Of a stretch of DNA of 64,000 nt, positions 55,987 to 64,000 are shown in pieces. The DNA comes from Paramecium tetraurelia (taxonomy: Eukaryota), in assembly GCA_000165425.1 (NCBI GenBank), contig CT868030.1:310001-374000 (forward strand). The letters run 5' to 3'. Numbering within the stretch: position 1 is the stretch's first letter; each line of letters begins with the position of its first letter. A program made the translations under genes and the position numbers. A model generated the notes under the pieces. That model saw only the letters and a list, made by a program, of their open reading frames with translations. It made no database searches and had not been told where the DNA came from.

Positions 55987-57283
55987 ATGTCAAACTTATC
56001 CCATAGCAGCTAGTCATCAAGAAGTTCTTCTTAAAAGAGAAACACTAAAAGACCTTAAAGAGAGAAGAGGAAGAAAAACAATTCAGAAGACTACGATAGT
56101 CCAATAGACGATGATGACTTATCATAATATGATGGTAATAGATATTAGCATTTCAGGCATGAGAGTGAAGAATAAATAGCAACCCATCTTGGGACCCAAG
56201 GGATTCAACAAACGAGAAGCCAAACTCAGAAAACCCATCTCTACTTAGACTCCTGCTACTGCAACATTTTTATATAAGCCTGGCGCTGAACTACCGAATC
56301 TATCAAACTACATTAATTCAATAATCGATATTAAGATAGCCTGTGAATATGTTAATAAAAATAATCCTGCACTTATATTACGTCAAATATGGGGTTCCAA
56401 TGGAGCTTATGCTAGTCATAGCGATGCAGTTTGTATTGGAATCCATGCTGGATTATTAGCTTTAGGAGACTTGAAATTAACAAGTGCTTTTTATTAGGGA
56501 GTGAGTTTATCTTGTAAAGTTATTAAAGGGAAGAAATCATTAAATGGATAAATGAAAGTGCCTTTGTTGTCTAGATCCTTGAAGACTCCTTGTGCTCATT
56601 GTTTGAAGCCAGAAAAGGTCACTTGGTTACCTCAATTGGGTTCACCTGAATAATTAATAAGTTGGGCTAAGAAAATGTCTTTGCCTTAAAATAGAAGATT
56701 AACTAAGAGAAGTCATTCAACTGTATATTTGCATGAACCTCCTCAGATTTCATATCCTGAAAATCTATTAGTTAATAATTTGCCTCCATTAAATGAAGGT
56801 TGGATTGTGTGGGATATGTGCAATGAGCCAAGCTAAAAATACAATTTACTTACTTTCATGGATAGATAAACAGCCCAAGGACTGCCCAGCAGAACTTCGT
56901 ATAAATTAAAAACCCATTGTTTATATATTGAAACACATAACAAAAAGTATTTTAATTCTCTTATGAAGATATGAAATATCTATGGATTCTTTCAAAATTG
57001 CTGAAGAAGTATTTCTAGACTCTCATGTATTCACAATACAAGAAGTTTTGTATCCTCAACAATCAGACATTGAGATGCTCTAAAAATTTGGAGTACATAT
57101 GTTCTATTGATATTTTAGGTTCCTCTGCCAAAAGAATAGAAGAAGGTGATTTTTGAGAAATTGAAATGGGATATGTTTGAATGGGGTAATGACAATGTGA
57201 TCATCAATGGGTCTTTCGAAATACAAGGTTTAAAAAGCTTTAAGTTTGTGCCTATAACGAAGCATTAACATTACGATAAATGA
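55987..57283 (+). CDS. RXT3-domain / HDC1-like histone deacetylase complex subunit
   Basis: YKPG..LPNL..NSIIDIKIACEYV..N..LRQIWGS..YASHSDAVCIGIHAG; CNEPSQKY..TSYKLK..LYIETH; PLP..LKWDMFEWG. Confidence 0.78.
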
Positions 57284-57326
57284 AAATAATCAACATTAAC
57301 AATTTAATATAATATGGGTTTAATTT

Positions 57327-57614
57327 TCACTGAGACAATTCAGCATGTATTTATTTAAATTATTCCACTAATTATTTAACCTCGCTGATAGACCCATAAG
57401 GCAAAATATCTGCCCTTAATTGATTATTTTCTTCTGTCAGTTTATCTATAGTTATCTGCATCTATTATATTTGCTATTGCAATTATTCTTCCTTATTCAA
57501 CAATTCTATAATCATAAGAGTTTTGTTTTCATTTTTATTAGTCAATTCAACCAATCTTTCCTGATATTATTTTAAGATGTTCAAGAAGTGCTATTATTAT
57601 TTAATTTAATTCAT
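57327..57614 (-). CDS. small coiled-coil hypothetical protein (95 aa)
   Basis: Uninterrupted code-6 ORF MNQIKQQQHFLNILKQYQERL..HAELSQ-TGA. Confidence 0.6.
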
Positions 57615-57723
57615 TTAATATTTCAATCCATCACAGATGGTTTAATATTAAAATATCATAATCATTTAAGTATTTTAGAATGCATGAGTGTGAACAACCA
57701 AATTATAAATATTTAATTTTAAA

Positions 57724-59763
57724 ATGAATGTTAATTTAATATGTCCTCAACACAAATAACATGTAACCTAAGCTTGTCTTGATTTAGAATGCTAAGCATT
57801 CCCATTTATGTGTTAAATTTGTTTGAGTGATTAGTCAACCATCTCACAACACACCAAACATAATCAATTCCTAATCCCATATCCACAATACATAACCTAG
57901 ATGAGTAAGAACATTCAAAGCAACATCAATGAAGCCCATTAATTCAATGATCTCTTTAAACAAGAATCTTAGGTCTTATAACAACTGCTATCATCTGATG
58001 AACATCTCAGTAATATTGAGGCATAGATATCTTCATTAAAGCATCAGATTGATTCTGATATCAAATTAACATTGAACTCACTTAGCAAAGTGTTTGACAT
58101 ACAAAAAGCAGAATTATTTAATAAACTAGACTCTTATCTTTAAATCTACAAAAGTAACTTATTCATCCTCAAAGAACAAATAGAACCCATTCATTTTCTA
58201 TTGACTAAGTGTAAATATTATACTAATGAGAATAACCTGAAAGTAACTTATGTTCAATATCTAGTAAAAATTACACACTAAGCCAGATTTAGGATCGCAA
58301 GTCAAGATTTCTATCAAATAACTCTAATAAAAATAGCCATCAATGTTGAAATTAAACTTTGAGATATTCAAAAAATCATAAGAGATGAAACCAAACACCT
58401 CTAGTTTAAATCAATTATTAAATGAAACCCAAAATTCAATCACCGAGTATTTTAATAAGAATCTATCCATTCCAACATCAACACTCTTGGAAATCCCTCC
58501 ATCATATAACAATTAAACTCTTACACCTATCAAAAGTAAGTCCTTAGAATTGTGCTATTCCGACAGGCCAGTCCCAATTGATGATAACAAAGCTACAATC
58601 AAATCTATTGACTCTAAAATACCCATTTCAAACCTACAACCTACTTTGGAAATTCCAAAGTTTAATGCATAAGTACTGGATTAGAGAATCATATAAGAAT
58701 AGAACTAAACAAAAGTAATGAATTTGATAAATCAATTCCTAGAATCATCTAAGCGCTAAATTCAGGATTAAGAAAAAGTTGAGTATAGAATTCCTGGTTT
58801 AAACTATGGCCCTAGTTAATTATTCTCATGTAGCTCTGGGATTAGTAGATGGAACTGTGAAATTGTTAGATATGAATACGAGTAAAGTGAGTTTTTATCC
58901 AAACACTTACATTCAACACTCAAAACCCATCAATTAAATAGTTGTACTTAAGTAAGATAAAGGAATTAGATTGGCATCATTGAGCGATGAAAATTTTGCA
59001 ATAGTTTGGACATTAGGTGAAAATTATGTACCTTATCCTGAAAGAAAATTGGTTGGATTTAAATAAAAGCTAAATCATATCATGGATTTAGCTGACTAGT
59101 CTCATTTACTCTGCTAAAGTGATACAAATTTATAGATTATAAATTATCATGATAATAGAATACTTTGTGACTTTGACTTTAAAGGTCAATTAGTAGAGTT
59201 TCTATATTTAAGTAAATTTGAGAGATTCGCTACGATTTCTTAAGGAAATATTGTGTCAATATATAGTTTGAAATTGAGTGGGAATCAACAAAATGCTACT
59301 TAATTGGTAAATTGTTAATTAGAATCAATTCAACCTGCTATTCCTATTTCTAACATTAGCACTTGTATTGGAGTTGATTTTCAAAGTGAAGTAATTATTT
59401 GTTATGGATGCTGGGATGGATAAGTAAGATTGTACAATGTGTTTAAGAACAGTTTGCTTGGAGAGTATTAGGTATTTAAGGTCATAGATATTATAGTTAT
59501 TTAATAGTAGGATCAAGGAAATGATTATTTTAAAACAAGAGAATTAATTTGTTTTGGTAGTTATTGCTGAAAATTCAAAATAAATAAAAGGGATTTTGAT
59601 TTAAAAAAATAAGGTACTACAATTGGACAAGTATGGAGAACTGCTTGATTGTGCGAGTAAGTATGGAAGGAATGTGGTGTAATAAACAGTAGTAAAAAGC
59701 AAAAACGGAATATACTTACTAAGTGAAACATAGAAAGATATTGGTTTATATGAATTATGCTGA
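57724..59763 (+). CDS. B-box-like zinc finger + coiled coil + WD40-repeat protein
   Basis: CPQHKQHVTQACLDLEC..FMCQIC..H..H; ALGLVDGTVKLLD; HSKPINQI..LASLSDENFAIVW; GCWDGQVRLYN. Confidence 0.75.
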
Positions 59764-59787
59764 AAATAATAATTATATAAAATAATA

Positions 59788-61546
59788 ATGCAAACCTAAC
59801 ACTTAGAAGAGATAGGAGTGAAAGATCCAGTCAAGATAGGAGAGGGTTCATTCGGGTAAGTGTATAAAGGGAACTTCAATGGGTAGGAAGTAGCAGTTAA
59901 AGTAAGGATTGTATAGTGATAGCACCAGATAATTCAAAATTCCTTCCTTTCTGAGATATCGATCCTGGAAAAAATAGATCATCCCAACATCATAAGACTA
60001 CTAAAGGTAAAATAGTGCTGAAATTAGGAATACAAATTCGGGAACATGTCTTACTTGGTTATGGAGTATTGTTCAGGTGGAACACTCAAGGATTACATTT
60101 AGAAGAAGCTTACAGAAGACGAAATAATCGGGATTATGAGATCCTTGTTATCAGCAGTGGAGTATTTGCATGGCCAAGGGATCATTCATCGAGACATCAA
60201 ACCTGGTATCTAAATATGGTAATTAATTAATAGATAACATTTTAATCAAAAATAAAAATGACTTATCTTCCATTAAATTAGCTGATTTCGGGCTAAGCTT
60301 CTAATATGACGCCGAGATCCAGTATTATTAGACAGTCTCTCATCAATGTGGTACCTTCATTTTCATGGCACCTGAACAGATCCTCAATATGTCATATAAC
60401 AAAACTGTCGATACTTGGTCTTGCGGAATTGTTCTTTACATGCTCTTACAAAAGAAACACCCATATTATCCTAAATTTTCTACAAAGAATTAATTTATAT
60501 AGAGTTTTCCCAACATTTAATACGATGAACCCAATAATGCGTCATCATTAACTAGGGATTTCCTGAGACGTCTATTGTGCTATGATCCTCATCGTCGCTA
60601 TACAGCCTTGCAAGCTCTTTCACATCCATGGATCACAAGACGCCATCAGGATAGCATCCCTATGGGTTTGAGAGAATTCGGCATTTGTAAACAATTACAG
60701 GAGAAGATGATCCAGTATATCAAAATGATCATGTTCTTCCAATATCTAAGAAGGAGTGGCGAATTGACTGAACATCGTAATCGATCAGAAAGTCATCCGG
60801 AAAGTCAAACCTTCTCTGAAACGTCTATTCATAAATAGATACAACATAAGAGCAAACTATTAAGACCTTTAGTCTTGAAGAGCCAAACAAAATTTGAATA
60901 GAAGCATGAAGAAATCAAAGGGAAGATTAGATTCTCTTAATTAACAGCATTGCTTACCCAATAAAAAAGTGAAGAGTAGTTCTAGTACCAGTAATAGATA
61001 CAATAATAGATTATCAATAAAATATCTTCATAACCAGCATTGGATTCTCCTAAAAAGAAATATCATGAAAAACACAAGTTTAGTGTTGATTGTGGAAATG
61101 ATCATCAGATGATTTAATTGGTATCATCGGTCTCTCCTATGAAAGGTGACTCTGAACATAGCAAAATAGAATCACCCAAAAAGTCATTTAGAAAATCTTA
61201 GTCTTTTTAAAGATTGATACTGCCTCAACTATCAGAATCTACACAAAGTTCTATAAGTCCGGATAAACTCGTAAAGAAGGAATCAAAAACCCTTGTAATG
61301 AGGAAATCCTAGTCTACTTTGCAGATTTGCTTAAGAAAGATTCAACAAGCCAATGAAATATGCGAATAAAAGACAACCATCAGATAAAGGATGGAAACCT
61401 ATGATTAAAAGAATTATAGCCATCGAATAATGCAAAAAGCCAACTCTTTAAATTCCTCTACGATATCTCCAAAAAATAAACTTATCCAACAAATCATCTA
61501 ATAGCAATAACAGCTCATTCTTCCATAATATAGAAAAAGATTATGA
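59788..61546 (+). CDS. CAMK-group Ser/Thr protein kinase with long low-complexity tail
   Basis: IGEGSFGQV, VAVK, DHPNIIRL, LVMEYCSGG, HRDIKPDNIL, ADFGLS, CGTFIFMAPE, DTWSCG. Confidence 0.92.
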
Positions 61547-61567
61547 TAAAAATTGATTATAATTATT

Positions 61568-63872
61568 ATGAATATAAATTCGATATTATTTCTTCTGCTC
61601 ATTAGTCATGCTATCGCCAAAATGTACACTGATGAATAACTTTATAATTGCTAAATCCCTCTTTAAAAATAGAAATATGAAGATGAAAAACTTAAATTAC
61701 AACCAATAGATTGTTGGATTTTCATTTTACTATGTATAAAATAAATGCATAATCAAAGCTCCCTTAACATTTTTTGGATCCTCAAGGATAATATACCAAT
61801 TCCTAAAGAACACTAAACTGTTTGGAATACCTGGAGATAGTGTTTTCGTTATTACTATAACCAATGGCATTGAAAGTGCTGTTTAGTTTTCAACAGCCAT
61901 CTATGTGCTTGTAACTGATGAAGCTCCGATGCATAATGCATTTTGCGAGGTAAATGCAAATGTAAAATAGATTACAGGACTTGCAACTTCAATTGTTTTT
62001 ATGATTTCAAATCTTAACATATTTGTTTATGCTGCCTATCCTTTAGCCTTAATTTACAATGCACTGGAATCAACAGCCAGAATCTTGAGAATTTTCAACT
62101 ATTCTCTTCTTGCCTTAATTCTCTTGATTGTTATATTAGGGGAAAAAATAGTGTCCACTACTTTAAATGGGTATCATAAATTTAATTTAGAATATGTGCA
62201 ATATCGGCTACTGATAGTATAACTTGGGATCTCATAATCTCACTCAGCTATTTATTTGTTTTCCTTTTGTTTGCAACCATGTCCGTTCTATACGCTATAA
62301 CCTTTAAAAAATTGATTCCCAAGTTCTCAACAATGCGACAAGCCAGAGGCTAATATCTCAGATATTACTAAATGTTCATAGGGTTTAGTATAACTATGAA
62401 ATTACTTCTTGGAATCTTTAGTGGAATTAATTTATTGAATTGTTACATATTTCTTTCAGCTTAGTTATAAGTTTTTGGAACCTTACAAAACTTCACCCAA
62501 GCATTGTGCATACTTGGTTAAACTATCATAATTTTTAAAGATCCATCATTTAATTTGCTACCCAGTCATTCTTAAACATCAGATAACAACACAGTCAATG
62601 ATAATTAAGAAATCTCTTTATAACGTAACTTTGATTTATTAATGTAGAATTCAATGTTCTAGAATAATTGCATAAAGAAATGAAAAAAACTTAAGTAACT
62701 TCAATGTTGGCTGGAGTTCAAATACTTAGAAGACAGAAATAAGAAGATGTAATCTAATACAGAGATCTGGTTATTACTGAAGATCAAGATGGGAGTGGCA
62801 GCAATTCCAGTCAAGGAGACTTAAGTGAACTTATGGAAGCCATGTCATAACCCTTTACAATTGAAGAAATTGAAGAATGTTTAGTCACCAACTTAAATAA
62901 TTAAGTATTAAAAGAGAAATTGAATATTGATCAAGAAATTGAAGTGTTCTCTATGCGATGCATACTTTATGCACCCAAGATATTCAACTATTTCATTACT
63001 ATAGATAATATAGATATTGATGATTGCTTTGATTTAATCAAGAACTCTTCTAAAATAGATCAATTTACTGGACCAGATGGAGGCAAAAGTGGTGAATTCT
63101 TCTTCTTCTCTTATAATAATCAACTGATCATCAAAACTATGAGATAAAGTGAAGTGAACACCTATAAAAAGAGACTCTACAATTTCGCTACATATCAAGT
63201 TAACAACCCTTTGTCTCTACTCAATAAAATTTATGGAATGTATACTTTTGAACGAGAAGAATAATCTAATTCAAGAGTACATTTTCTGATCATGAAAAAT
63301 ATTTCATTAGGCATTCCAAGAAGCTAAATTTTGAGAACATACGATATGAAAGGATCTGAATATGATAGAGAAGTACTAATTAAGAAACCTTCAAGTGATC
63401 TCTCATAGATGACATTAAAGGATATCGATTTCTTTAAGATTGAACAATAATTATGGATTGATGAATCAATTTACAAAAGTTTTGTTTAATTTTATTATTA
63501 GAACTAAATCAATATCTAATTAGCGACTCTATATTTTTAGAAAAGTAAAAATTGATTGATTACTCCCTTCTTGTTATGATTATCGATTGGAATTAGAAAG
63601 AAGAGGATTTGCAAAAGCATTTAGATGGCCAAAAAATGAATATTATCCCATCTATCAAAGAAAAAGGAGTACTATTTATCGTTAATTAGATATATTATCA
63701 TATTGCCATTATTGATTACTTGTAACAATGGAATGTCAATAAATCTTTAGAGAGAAAAACAAAAAAGATTATTAAAATGAATATCCAACTTGATACTTCA
63801 GCACAAGAACCGGATATTTATGGAAAACGATTCTAAGAAAAATTAATTAATAGGATAGTTCCTTTGAAATGA
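61568..63872 (+). CDS. GPCR-like 7TM domain fused to phosphatidylinositol phosphate kinase (GPCR-PIPK)
   Basis: Signal peptide and about 7 hydrophobic helices, with Cys at the top of TM3 (FCE) and in ECL2 (GICAI); PIPK motifs YAPKIF, GGKSGEFFFFS..IIKT, YDMKGS, TLKDIDF, IDYSLL, IIDYLQQW, YGKRF. Confidence 0.9.
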
Positions 63873-64000
63873 TATTTTCTAGAAAGATTTATTATATATA
63901 TATAATTCTTTATTGAAAGACTCATAAATTCAATAAGCTTTTTAACAAAGCAAGTTCGAATGAAAAGAAGCATGAATATTTGTTTTAAATTCAAACATGC

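Overview
This is AT-rich, gene-dense ciliate DNA, most consistent with a Paramecium macronuclear chromosome. TAA/TAG read as Gln, TGA is the only stop, introns are tiny (about 20-30 nt, GT..AG), and intergenic gaps are very short. The supplied ORF track uses the wrong genetic code, so I re-translated by hand in code 6; boundaries are manual and some starts are approximate. The window holds about 25 genes: Snu13, a degenerate tRNA-Leu(AAG), a cytosolic carboxypeptidase, a MYND-Aurora-like kinase, a pseudo hybrid histidine kinase, ATE1, a TTLL glutamylase, a class I aminotransferase, an ABC-B half transporter, an HDC1/RXT3-like protein, a WD40 protein, a CAMK-like kinase and a GPCR-PIP kinase fusion, plus hypothetical genes. 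The most striking structure lies at 29.5-54 kb. Two paralogous ~8 kb Cys-rich multi-pass surface-protein genes point away from each other and flank three vWA-domain genes (+,-,+). The vWA genes are segmental mosaics of one another: variable N-termini and MIDAS cores are joined to a ~0.9 kb near-identical 3' module that forms long inverted repeats.
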